A stretch of 64,000 nt of DNA, taken from positions 18,292,001 to 18,356,000 of the forward strand of contig CM119372.1 in assembly GCA_051294905.1 (NCBI GenBank). The letters are read 5' to 3'. Numbering within the stretch: the stretch's first letter is position 1; each line of letters begins with the position of its first letter. This document shows, piece by piece, positions 1-11,765 of this stretch. Position numbers and translations under genes: made by a program. Under the pieces are notes generated by a model that was given only the letters and a program-made list of their open reading frames with translations, did not search any database and was not told the DNA's origin. This DNA is from Botryllus schlosseri (lineage: Eukaryota).

Positions 1-754
1 TCGTGCGCGGCGCATTGTAGGCCTATTCGTAGTACGTCTGGCGGTAGTGCGAGACGAGCAAGGTACTTTTGGTGGCACTCCAAAACGCCTCTTCTGTGGA
101 TATTGTCGAAGAGAATAATAATATTTGAGGATGCGTAGTAGCTTTATCCAAGGCCGTTGGCGCGACAAATTGTAATCGACTCTCGGCGGTAGCACGGTTA
201 TATGGGTAAGGCAATTTTACCTCGTCTCAGCAGATTCACTACCGCAAAATTGAATATCATCATGAACATATTTGATTACGAACAAAACCCTCAACATGTC
301 ACGATCTTGTAGCCTACCATACTTGCAAAAAACGGCCGCATACTTTAAATGTTGGGTTGAAATCAATTTTTGAAGTTCCATCGATCCGCAAAATATATTT
401 TGAAATTTTAGCGGTCTGCAAAGCCAAAAAGGTTGGGAACCGCTGGTTTGAAGTAGTGGTTCTTAAATTTTTCCTCCAGCGCCCTTTTTCAAAAATTTGC
501 CCAGGACTTTAGACTACTATTGAAAATATTTCGCGCTTGCATCGCGTGTGAGTACCACTCAACTAATTAACGATATAATAATTGTATGCGCTATATTCGG
601 GATTGAATCAAGATTGTTATAACAACCATCGGGTACGGGCTCAGACCTATACTATCTGGTTCGAGCCCGATGTACAGTACACATCCCGAATTCACCTCTG
701 CAATTGGCAATACGTTAGTTAGTTGTATTGCGTTTTATTTTATTGCTTTGTGTG

Positions 755-1861
755 CAGATATGGCCAGTAACGAAGTAGGCCTACTTCTCGTTTTTCGAAG
801 TACTCAAGTAGTTTTCCGCTACTTACTCAAGTAAAGATAACTTCCCGCTACTTTTACTTCATAATATTTTGTGATCTACTTACTTACTTTTCGCTGTTTT
901 CACTTTGTCAAGTAGAAGTAGTTTAATCCTCCAATCAGAAAGATAGTCTGAGGAATTTCGGGGCTGTTTTCACGGAGTGCCAACATTTAAATTTCATAAA
1001 AGTTATGTAAAGCCCATAATTTTCGTTGCGCTTCGTGAACAGAAGATATGGAGTGACAAATGTTTTCACAAAAGTATCGGTGACTATAATTAGGCTACGG
1101 GTTGCGTGGCTCCGTTCACACCGCAATGTCGCCCATATGAAATATTTTATCACAGTAAATATGACCCATCATGACATATGAAACTGCCGTTTTGCAATCT
1201 AGCAATTAGACCTACCTATCATATAGTAATCTAGCAACCCGTGGCGTGTCCTAATCTGGAAAAAAAGACTATGACTTTTTTGAGTGTTAGACCTGTTTTA
1301 GGAGATCAACGTTGAAACTTAATGGACAAAAGACCTGAAATATATTTTCCCCATTTGATCATCATACTTTGTGTTCTAATTAATTTTAGTTCTTTTTTCT
1401 GGAGAACATACATGTTGAAGAGTAAAAGCAAGTGCGGTCATGCCTCTATTTTCCGAAAATAAAGCTACACTATATGGCATTTTTACGATCCGCCATATTT
1501 TTTTTTATTAAGATATAGGCCTACTAATCACACATCGTATCCGACACAACTTCTCCGTATTGCTCTTCGAGTAAACTAGCGGCCTTGTAATATGGGGGAG
1601 GGCGCCATGACATGATATTTTCTGAAACGGCGTGCTCAAAAAAACAGAGGATTAGTATCACATTTTCATATCAATGCTATCATTTGCATCCCATGATGCG
1701 GACGAATGCTTATGCTGTCGAAGATTGATACCTCCTGGGATGCATCAATACGAATCAAGCTCTCTGCACCACATATCTCAGTAAGTACTACTTCTACTTG
1801 AGTACATTTTTGCGACGCTTCTTCTAATGAGTAGCTTTCTTGACTACTTTGACCACCTCTG
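755..1861 (+). mobile_element. hAT-type MITE family A copy (CAGAGGTGGTCA TIR, CTACTT subterminal repeats)
   Basis: Degenerate left TIR cagatatggcca, right end tgaccacctctg; TSD tttgtgtg/cttgtgtg (7/8); body homologous to the other family A copies. Confidence 0.85.
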
Positions 1862-1878
1862 CTTGTGTGACTAGCATA

Positions 1879-3863
1879 CAGGGCTGTGGAGTCGGTAAAT
1901 TTTACCATCGACTCCGGCTCCGACTCCGACTCCACACATTTTCAATATACCGACTCCGACTTCGACTCCGACTCCTGAGTCTTTAAACGTACCGACTCCG
2001 ACTCCTGGGTCTTTAAGCGTACCGACTCCGACTCCGACTCCCGACTCCGACTCCAGCATTATTACCAATTCACTTCGAAAATTATATGCCACATTGTCGG
2101 TTGAATGACTATCATACAACCATTAAACATATGCAAACATATGATTAACGGTGGTATGCTAAATTGTTTCATTGTGGCACAGCTCGAATCATCCACTTTG
2201 CAATTAACATGAAAGAAAGATTTGCTAAATATCCTTCCTTTTTCCAGTTTTTATAACATGGACTCTCTAATATCCTGAAACGTATGAATCATTCAAATAA
2301 TGGCAGATATCCAATCCTGTATAATAAAAATGTAGATAAAAAATCCAAGTGTATAGCTCTTGTGTATGAGTTAGCAACTAATAAAGAGATTGAACTTACT
2401 AATTTTGTCATTGCACACTATCCTGATTACAAGCGCACACACTTTTACTACTAATAGACATTGGTCATAAATGGAATTTAGTTAAGTAGTCAAAGACCAT
2501 AGCCTATGTCTAGTCTACATGCACTTAATCAAGTATTCAAGGATTGGGACTTGTAGTCTTTCTTAATCATTTGTTCGACCCACACAGCTAAGCTACACTT
2601 TGTCAAGTGGGAAGCATCGTTTGGTCATATTTACATCATTTTTACAATTTTACAAAACCAGCCGATGCATTCGCTCTGTCGCGGTATCATGGTATAATTC
2701 CAAAAATTGCTTCAATTTCGACTGCATTGTTAAAACGCATACTGCGATTTTCTTCCCCTGTGCAACTGAGTTGTAATTTGCAAGTATTGTCTAATTTTAT
2801 CTATATCAGGTGTGGGCAACTTTTTCGGCCAAAGGGACACATGAGATATACGAACCTTTGCGCGGGCAACTGGAATGTTGATACCTTTTTTTTTAGTCGT
2901 ACGATAGGAGTGAACCGAATTAGGTAACATTGCAAACAAGACTTATATTAATACGCTCTAAAATTGATAACAATATTTCATGCAACTGTGCAGTGCGCAA
3001 TCAGGCCGTGGTCGCGCGAAATTTTTTTGCAAGATAATGACTGAATTATATCAATAAATATGTTGCTAGCATACATTGGGGGTCGCATCTGTATACCACT
3101 GGGCTCATTTGGCAAGGACAGGATTATTCGGCGTTTAGACATAGTAAAATCGACGGTATCAGTGAACTCTGAACATGCCTCTATCATTTTGTGCAAATGT
3201 TTTGTCGACGATCACGCTGCGAGCGCACAAGCGAAGCCGCATGTTGGACGACACGTTATCTCCTAATTGCGAATATAGTTAGACCCAATTCTGTTAATAA
3301 TATGTAGTATTTATAATTTTCAGAAGGTGGCTCAAATACTGAATGCAAGAAATCTAGTGACAATGAATCATGCGAAGTACCGAGAAAAATTTCAAGTCAA
3401 ATAAATCTGCTATGAAATATTCTAGTTTATGGTCATATACGAAGATCTGGGATAAATGTGGCTGGCCCCTGGATACGTCAATGCGCCAGAACTGTTGTTT
3501 TAGTCATCATCAAATTTCGCGGAACATGCTAATCAAATTTTGGTTGTCCTTGCAATTGTACCTGATGTCATAAATAATTTCGAGAATTATCTCGCGGGCC
3601 ACACCTAACCTTCTCGTGTGCTAAATTTGGCCTGCGTGCCACGGGCTGGCCGCACCTGATCTGTATGGTTATTAATATCAGTGACTGGTGGTACATAAAA
3701 ATTCGATTGAAAATTCTCTGAAAGCAAATGTTTTCATGATAGAAAAGTTGGAGTCGGAGTCGAAGTCAGCATCATTCTCACAAACTCCGACTCCAGCTAT
3801 TATAGTTTTCACGACTCCGACTCCATCAAGCGAAAATACCCAGACTCCGACTCCACAGCCCTG
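1879..3863. mobile_element. hAT-type MITE with CAGGGCTGTGGAGTCGG TIRs and (GACTCC)n subterminal repeats
   Basis: Inverted ends at 1879 and 3863 and GACTCC arrays at 1910-2054 and 3750-3854. There is no TSD, so these may be two half elements. Confidence 0.65.
2807..3658. mobile_element. hAT Charlie/Buster-type MITE nested in the preceding element
   Basis: caggtgtgggcaac...gctggccgcacctg; TSD atctatat/atctgtat (7/8). Confidence 0.75.
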
Positions 3864-4282
3864 ATTGGAACCCAGACATAACGGCTGCGAATAGCGTAAT
3901 TGCTTAGTGCTATAGTCTACACCTGCAACTTCCTTATGACGCACAGCTTGTCGGGCCTACCACCCGTCACCCGTGCCTTCAACAAAACGTCAACACAACA
4001 AACCAAACCATTAACAATCTCATTCACATATTCGCATGACGGCGGCATACAAAACATGAATGAACTCCCTTACATGCTCCATTCGAGTAATACAATAGAC
4101 TACGGGAATTTACGAATCGCAATCTTCACCAGAGTGAACCGTAGAGAAAATTTATTGAGCCAGTGACGCGGGCACTTATCGATATACTTAAAATGGACTG
4201 AGAAAAGCTGGAGAGATTTCAGCCCAAAACCAAGCAACACGAAGTTCAGTCCTAAAGTTGTCTGATCCCTTGAACACTTGCT

Positions 4283-7200
4283 TCAAACAAACTTGAATGC
4301 GGGAACGTCGGTAGTTGGTCGGTCCTTTTGCGGAATCGCTTCATCGAGCGAATGAATTCCCGTGGCGTCCACTATCTTCACTCTGACGGCGGGAATTTGA
4401 GCTATAAACCTTTGACGAAGCTGCAAGTGACAATAGGTGTGTGTTATAGTCTCACATTAAGAGCTAAGCATCCGAGAAGTCAGACGCTTCGCAGTTTTCA
4501 TTAAAATCATGTCTAATTACATAAATACCGGTAGGGTAATTCCATGTCTGATCAACCAAAAAAAATTATTTCGTCACCACATAGTGCTCGAAATTTGCTG
4601 AAATTTGGCTCAAAACATCATCGCAATCAATCGCAATTTATTTGAAATGAATTACTTGAGTAATTTTAAAGTTATTGCATGATGAAAAACATGCTTTTCA
4701 TGCCCATTCAACCGTGAAATTGTAGGGCTGTTTTTAAGTATATTTGGAATTGTCGGTAAATGGGCTGCTTTGACCTTAGAATTTTGTTCTCTTTGTTGTT
4801 GTATAAATTGATCTATTCTATCATTCAAGTGCGAAATTAATGATTTTTGGTGCACGGCCCAGAATTTAGCTCAAGTTGAAAGACGGTGCCTCTGGAAATC
4901 ACTCAAGCATGACAATATTTCAGGAGTCTCCCTCTAATTTCTGTCTACTTGAAAAAAGTTATGAAGGGTGGCAAATGAAAGCTGTTGTAACACAGATACC
5001 TTAGAAAACAATTTTTTATGTAATATTTACTTACAAAGTTTTGAAAATAGGGTATATTTCAGGTCATGAAAATGTAGTGATTTTCCTAAAAAATGATGTT
5101 CGATATTCTAGTCGCTGTGTTACCTTGAGACAAACTCCAGCATGTTACTCATTTTCTAGAAATTCTTTGTTCCAACAGCTTTCATATGACACCGTTTACA
5201 AAATTTTTGATGCAGACAGAAATGAGAGAGAGACCCCTGAAATATTCTTGTTACGCTTCAGTGGTTTCTGGGGTTAATGAGTTATATTTTGGGATGTCAA
5301 CCAAAAATCAGTAATTTTTGTCCTGTATGATAGAATAGATTAATATATACAACATAACAAATAGAACAACTCTCTAATTGTCAAAATAGCTTATTTACAG
5401 ATAATTTCAAATCAGCCTAAAGAATTACTTGATTTTCGCGGTTGGATGAGCATAAAAAGCTTGTTTTTTATCATGCAATAACTTGAAAACTACTTATGTA
5501 ATTCATTTAAAATAAATTGATATTTACTTAGATGTACTTCATGGTGTTTTGAGCCAAATTTCAGAAAAATCTGAAACTTAAGAGATACCCAATCCCTTTT
5601 TTGATTAATTTAAAATTGAATTACCCCATGGATTCAGAAGTATTTATGTAAAGTTAATTTAGAGGTACTATCCGTCAATTATTAGTTAACAAAACATGTC
5701 AGCCATGTTCCTCTCCAAACAAGCTTTCATATGACATGTTACTTTCCAATTTTCGTGTAGACAGAATTACGCTAGATATAATTGAAGTTCATGTTACGCA
5801 TGAACGATTTTGAAAAATGTCAGTTTATGAGGTGGGTTTTAACCCTTGACCCCATTTGATTAAGTGACAATTTTCCCTTCAATAGCAAGAGTTTCTTCTA
5901 TTCTATCATTAGACACCATAATCCACTCTCAAGTACTTGACTATGCTGGTTTATAAACGTTACTGTAACAGGTACTGTAAAACTAATATAACTTCATGGT
6001 TGGGTGAGCACAAAATGGCCATTTTTTAAAATGCGATAACTTTGTGATGGGTTGACCAATTTTGACAAAATTAAGTTTGCTGCAGTCAGAACTGGATACC
6101 AGATTTACCCCTCCATTTTCATTGCAATCTGAGGACCCAGTGGTGACAAGAGCGGTTGATTTGACATGGACTTACCCGGTAGCAAAAAATATGGTGAAGG
6201 GTAATAGGGCGATAAGCAATACAACAAAGATTTATGCAGGCTTGAGGCTTACCATATTTTCCTCACCTAAAAGAGGTAATTTTTGGCCGACAAGTAAAAC
6301 AATAGCTGAATTGATTTAATGTTTTACATTTCCTTGGTAGTTGCAGGCAAAAGATCCAAAAACAGACACAAAACAAATGAAATCAGATTCAGCCCATGAA
6401 TACTTTGCGGTTCCCATACTTTTGCCAATAGGAATCATTTTTCACGAGTTTGTAATATTGTTTCAAAGAAATATCATTAAAATTACTAATAGGTCTGCCA
6501 AGTACAAACCTGCGACAGATACTCGCATGTAAAAATGCCCAGACAACAGAGATTAAGAATTTCAGAATGTTTTATGGCTACTGCAATTTTTTGAAATGAA
6601 ACGTTTCGCCTAAAAGTCTTGAATAAGTAGAAGCAACCAACTCTTAATGCAAAAAAGACAGCATTTGCACAATTTTGGAGAGCTGACTATTCACTTTTTT
6701 CGAGAAAGAGGACAAATCCTCCTATGGTAGGCCTACAGTTACATCTGAGACCAGAATCTATTGCCAGTAAGTTATGGAAGGAATTAAGGTTAAAGTCTTA
6801 TTTCCTGTTTTTGACAAATCTACTAGTGTAAAATAGCGATTCCATAATCAAACCGAGACATTAACCAGCCGTTGTAAGCCTCCAACATTTGAGTCATAAA
6901 CAGAGCTCATTGCAACGCGAGAGAAATATACACTAGATAGACAGATGCATTTATTTTGTCATTGGTACCGGGTACGGACCAGAAGACGACAAGATTAAAA
7001 TTTCTGACACGGAATAATCATTTGGTAACTTTGTAGCAGTACAAGCCTACCTCTTGCATGCATCTGTTAAGAATGTCGACTGCCTCCGCCCGTGTTAAAT
7101 TCGGATGATAAAGCCTGTCCAGTATTGAAAGGCAGAAGTACGAGCCGTAACCATGAGCAGCAAATGGCACGTCTATCGCAGACGCAAGGTAGTCCATGAA

Positions 7201-8363
7201 ATACAGCACAGGACCGGTATCCGCATCAACGCCCCCGAGTAGAAGGTTGACATAATAAGGAGTCTGTAAAGAGTAGGACACCCTCTAAAAATAAAGCTAA
7301 GCAGTGCGTTCAATTAAAATTGACGTCAGCATCATAAAATAAAACTTCAATATTGCAAGCATGCATATATGTGAGAGCTTACGATACTGTTGCTAAGTCT
7401 ATATTCCTAATTGCAAAGGCATTAACGTGCGAGTAAATTCATCACTTACGCGGCTACGTAAATATTCCGCCAGATTTCTCCTTGTGAAATTACCAGCAGC
7501 TACGGATGACATTTCATAGCCGTTTCTTAATTTGTAGAGGGTCAAATTCTTTTGAATATATTCTGAAAACTGATCGCGATCACCAGGCTCGCCGCATATC
7601 GCCATGCATGTGCTCGTTCCCAGTTTGACCATTTTATCCTCATCTGCCAACAACATCGAACTTCCACTTTGAGAAATGATCAAAGAAATTTTGCAATATA
7701 AAGGCATACATGAATGGTAGCAGAAAATTTGGTAAATTTAAACTGTGTCAATCACAACAATAACGTGTACCAAGTTCTTTCCCATGTTAGGAACTGATTG
7801 ATTGGCAAAGGATTAGGAAGGCAGTTTTATTTTTGTCTGTATATCATCGTGGTGATTTGATAATGGGCGATGGCGATGCAAAGATACAGTAAGGTTATCG
7901 AATTGCGACCATTTACTAAACAATTCATTCAATCAATAAACGTATGGTGATACAATTGTTACAAGCCGACTAAATACGGTTTATGGTAATACTTCATAAT
8001 TATGAATGTAGGCCTACAATTGAATGGTAGGCTATATTCATATTGAAATGAACCCAAATACTTTCGGCTTACACTCGTCAGGGGTAATCGACTTCAACTA
8101 GTAACGTGAAATATGAATGTGCAAAAGAGATATGTACATGTATTACACAATTTCTTGTGTAATCCCGTATGGAGTATCTGTAACATAGGCTCTAAGAATT
8201 AAGTCAGTCTTGCAGGTTCACAAAGAATCAAGAAATATTGGAAAAATAGCACTGATAATGTTCAAGACCAACCTTGTTGGAAAACAACAATGCTTCTTGC
8301 TGCAGTAGTATCGGCTGCCAACATCACAAAATCTGGTCCCTTGATGCCGATCACAAATTCCAT
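4283..8363 (-). CDS. PSMB2: Proteasome 20S subunit beta type-2 (beta4); 4 coding exons, 211 aa
   Basis: Exons (minus) 8363-8273 (MEFVIGIKGPDFVMLAADTTAARSIVVFQQ), 7643-7450 (DEDKMVKL...GEPGDRDQFSEYIQKNLTLYKLRNGYEMS...AEYLRSR), 7263-7051 (TPYYVNLLLGG...MDYLAS...FAAHGYGSYFCLSILDR...CMQE), 4420-4283 (LRQRFIAQIP...KIVDATGIH...stop). All introns are GT-AG with compatible phases; total 636 nt. Motifs are diagnostic of PSMB2/Pre1. Confidence 0.96.
4534..6177. mobile_element. Long-TIR foldback DNA transposon (Sola2-like) in PSMB2 intron 3
   Basis: Ends GGGTAATTCCATGTCTGATCAACC...GGTTGATTTGACATGGACTTACCC with 4-bp TSD ggta (4530-4533 / 6178-6181). 4534-about 5010 is an imperfect inverted copy of about 5150-5626. 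Confidence 0.7.
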
Positions 8364-8763
8364 GATATATGGTTAGCTTCCTAAACTTATATATTCTTAC
8401 AAGAGTAAAGGATTTTGAATTTATGATCGTTTGTAATTTTGGACTTCACTTCATCCTCATAGCCCTCTATGTCTATGGAATCTCGGTTCATTTTTTGAAA
8501 TAAATCCTGCGTGATGAGTGCTCACATGTCGAGCAGTCTTAACGAGCGTCTACGTTGTAAATTAACATTGTTTCTTCGCTATAACAAAGAGCAGCTCGCA
8601 CAGGCCAACAAATCGCCAACCAATAGGCTGCATCTCATACTTGGAACACCACCGTTACTGATATATTTCAGCTGAAATAAAGTGACGGGTATATTTGTCT
8701 AGTCATATTCTCTAACACACATGTATTACTCAGCACTAATTCTTCAAGTGTAAACGATTTGAA

Positions 8764-8790
<27 letters not shown>
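8764..8790. repeat. (GA)n microsatellite
   Basis: Directly visible dinucleotide run upstream of PSMB2. Confidence 0.95.
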
Positions 8791-8794
<4 letters not shown>

Positions 8795-9959
8795 TTGACT
8801 CGTCCAACCGAAAAGAAAATCACATTGACATATGAAAGTAAAAACAAAAAAATTGAATTATATTTTCTTGTGGTTGGGTGGAATAATATCATAATTTAAC
8901 TTAGCATAATGAAACGATTGAAACTTGGATTGCAAATACAAAATGTTGACCTGTAAAATTTCACAAAGCACCACATTCGTACACTATGAACGGTAGCTAC
9001 GTAAGTAAGTTTAAATATTCGCTTGGGTGAAGGAGTTTAAGTAGCTGGTTCATACACCAGCGATTGCGGTTCGAGACCTGACGGACTGAATGACATAGTA
9101 CTCCGAGTCTTTTCATCATATCGCAATCGTGTGGTGTATTGATTTGATAAAAAAATTAATGAAATCATGATTATGACAAGCATGTTTCGGAGTGTTGGCG
9201 GTTTATCTGGGATGGATATATATCATTGATCTGGACTCGTCCTTCCCTGCGTCGCTGTTCTTTCGGTGCCAAAAATCCCAGGGTAATTATAAGGCCCGCT
9301 GAAGGACGAATACAAGGAATTGAATGAAAAGAGCAAGGAATGCATAAGAAAGAAATACAGTCCAAAGGCGAAGATCGGTCACTGTTACATCGGGCATTTG
9401 TTCTGATTTTTGGTCGTGTCGACATTCTGCTATCTGTTCAAGTAACCTCGCATTGTGTGTTTTGTTTATGTATCGCATTGTACAATGTATATCTGCATGT
9501 ACGGAAATTGCGGACAGGTTGGAAAACAGGATCAGGATTTCTACATACTGCAGCAGGATCTGATCGGGAGCAGAAAAAACACTATCTGCTCACTTCAACT
9601 TTGTCCGCGAGAGAATATATAGAAATATATTTATGACAATTACCATTCGCATGGTGCCGCTACAGAGTTGGAATCACAGTCAATATACCATAATCATACC
9701 ACACACTCACTCCTGTTGATTATATTCAGCGGAACACCCCTGCCACGGGGATTCTTTACCCATACCCACCAAAGATATAACGAATAATACAAAGGCAATT
9801 CCTATGGCTAGTCTCGTTTCCACGCTATGCGCTCCGAAGTACCATTGGTAAAGCTCATCAGAGTGAAATTTCCTGTCAATCCATCGCGACAGGATTTGAC
9901 CAGGACTGGCATGATCTGCCCACAGAAATCTCGTTGCAGTCGCGGATGCAGTAACTGGA

Positions 9960-10727
9960 TCAACGCCTAAATATGGAAGATCGGGCTACGAATATGGTTC
10001 TCATCTCAAAGCACTGCCTTTTATCACCTTCACATTCCTGGAGCACGGCCTTGAATTGCTCCTCGAATCCACGGTGCTCCGCCGGTGTTTCGCCAAATTC
10101 TATTGTTTTGCCATCATAATGAGTAGACATTCGCCTTTTCAAATTCCGTCGATAGCTAGCGAGCATAGGTGAAAAATTAAATTAAATCTTGTTTGCCTAA
10201 GTTACACTGTGCTGTACAATATCGCAGTGTAGATGCCCTACCGATCCAGGGATATCTAGAACTAGATATCCCTGTACCGATCGTGTGGAGTATGGACTCT
10301 GATCTATCATGATTCGCATTTGGGACTGTGTGAACTGTTTGCCGACTTTGCATCAGATACTACACAGGTAGGAACGTGATTAAGAAATTCAACCATATAG
10401 AATGGATATCATTCGTTGTGACAATTCACTGAGCTCGTGTAATTTCAATTGAAGATGAAATCTACAACGGCGTGGAATACCTACCTATGAATAATCTGGA
10501 AGGATATCTGACTGCACAGTCCCATTTCTTCAAGCCTTTGAAGGATCCACAACCGTTTATTGCCGTCCGTAACCCACAGATTATCATCGCACTCGATTAC
10601 TGTCAACATGCTCCGATTTTTGACCGTTAACTCTTCAATCGAAATGTTACCACAAAGACACCGTCGGAACAAGTCAACGACATGAAGTCCAGAGGAGAGT
10701 CGAGGCGAACACGTTAATCGGGTGAAG
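9960..10727 (-). CDS. Uncharacterised ParB/sulfiredoxin-fold-like protein; two exons found, 5' exon(s) not located
   Basis: Exon 10727-10485 (243 nt, acceptor ctgttcAG, donor GTaggt) splices in frame to exon 10155-9960 (acceptor ctcgctAG): FTRLTCSPRLSSGLHVVDLFRRCLCGNISIEEL...MLTVIECDDNLWVTDGNKRLWILQRLEEMGLCSQI...HS|YRRNLKRRMSTHYDGKTIEFG. A hydrophobic strand followed by DGNKRL resembles the ParB/Srx G-x-x-R motif. Confidence 0.6.
10247..10274. mobile_element. 28-bp TIR-only insertion (probable P-type excision footprint)
   Basis: CAGGGATATCTAG-AA-CTAGATATCCCTG between exact 8-bp direct repeats taccgatc; lies in the intron of the ParB-like gene. Confidence 0.75.
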
Positions 10728-10990
10728 CTGAACAGACGTGAGTTATATATGCATCATAATTGTCAACCTGCATGTGCAACTTATTGATAAACGGTTAACC
10801 CAAACGCATTGACGTTAGCGAAAGATGCGGGAAAATTCTCTATGAGTATGGTCATAATACACTTTTACCAGTAAAATTAAGATCTGGGCAGCATTCACAC
10901 ATTAATTAACGTATTTATACAGTAGAGACGCTTTGAAGCTTTCTGACCAAAATGATACACCTAATATCCTTGTATTTCAGTGTTACAAAA

Positions 10991-11765
10991 CAGTGTTGGG
11001 ATCAAGTCCCTTCTTTCGAGTCACAAGTCATCTCGAGTCATTGTACATTTTGACTCGAGCGAGTCAAGTCAAGTCATAAGTCAAGTCAAATCAAGTTGTA
11101 TTTTTAACGGGACATGATTGCACTTTGCTAACTGTTTTAAATACAGATGGAGGTCCCCATTTATTCAGAATCTAGGGACGAATAAAGAGTTGATTATACA
11201 CGCAAAAAGCGCAGTATCACTCACGCATACGTAGAACTGCTAAACTACGCATTACGCAATATAGCGGTATAGGTTCGACAGTGTATAATTATCAGCCAAA
11301 ATAGAGTATAACATAAGAAACATCAGAAAGTTCAAAAAATGATATGTGGAATACCCTACCCACCTATACATATCCATACCCATGATATGCAATTATAAAC
11401 GTGAAGGATATTCGTTCGACTAAAATCATGCAAGAGTGTCGGTTAAGGTAACCAAGTTTACGATAATTTAAGCTGTAAGCTCCGATCGCTGCGTTTATGA
11501 TCAATTTATTTGTGATATAGAAAAGCACGCTCGGTAAACGCACAATAATTGAGTGATTGGCTAGCAATCCGAACTTATACAAGATAGAGCGATTTAGTCG
11601 ACATCGATTACGTGATGACTTGAAACTGACTCGTAAATTTTGCTTCGAGTCACGACTCAATCTGCATTTCTGAAGCGTCGAGTCAAGTCAAGTCATTTTT
11701 GCAAAGTGTCTCGAGCAAGCCATGCAAGTCATACGAAAAAGGTGACCCGAGTCACCCCAACACTG
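10991..11765. mobile_element. hAT-type MITE (CAGTGTTGGG TIR, GAGTC/AAGTC repeats)
   Basis: cagtgttggg...cccaacactg; TSD ttacaaaa/ctacaaaa (7/8). Confidence 0.85.

Noticed and set aside
1871..2119. ORF with GVGVGV repeats (and similar ORFs such as EVVKVVKKATQVEVEV at 16650, 38582 and 58563)
   Set aside because: These are translations of MITE subterminal repeats (GACTCC, CTACTT), not genes.
8500..8630. Proteasome-type (ARE/Nrf1) promoter element upstream of PSMB2
   Set aside because: No clean TGA(C/G)nnnGC match; a CCAAT-like motif alone is not sufficient evidence.
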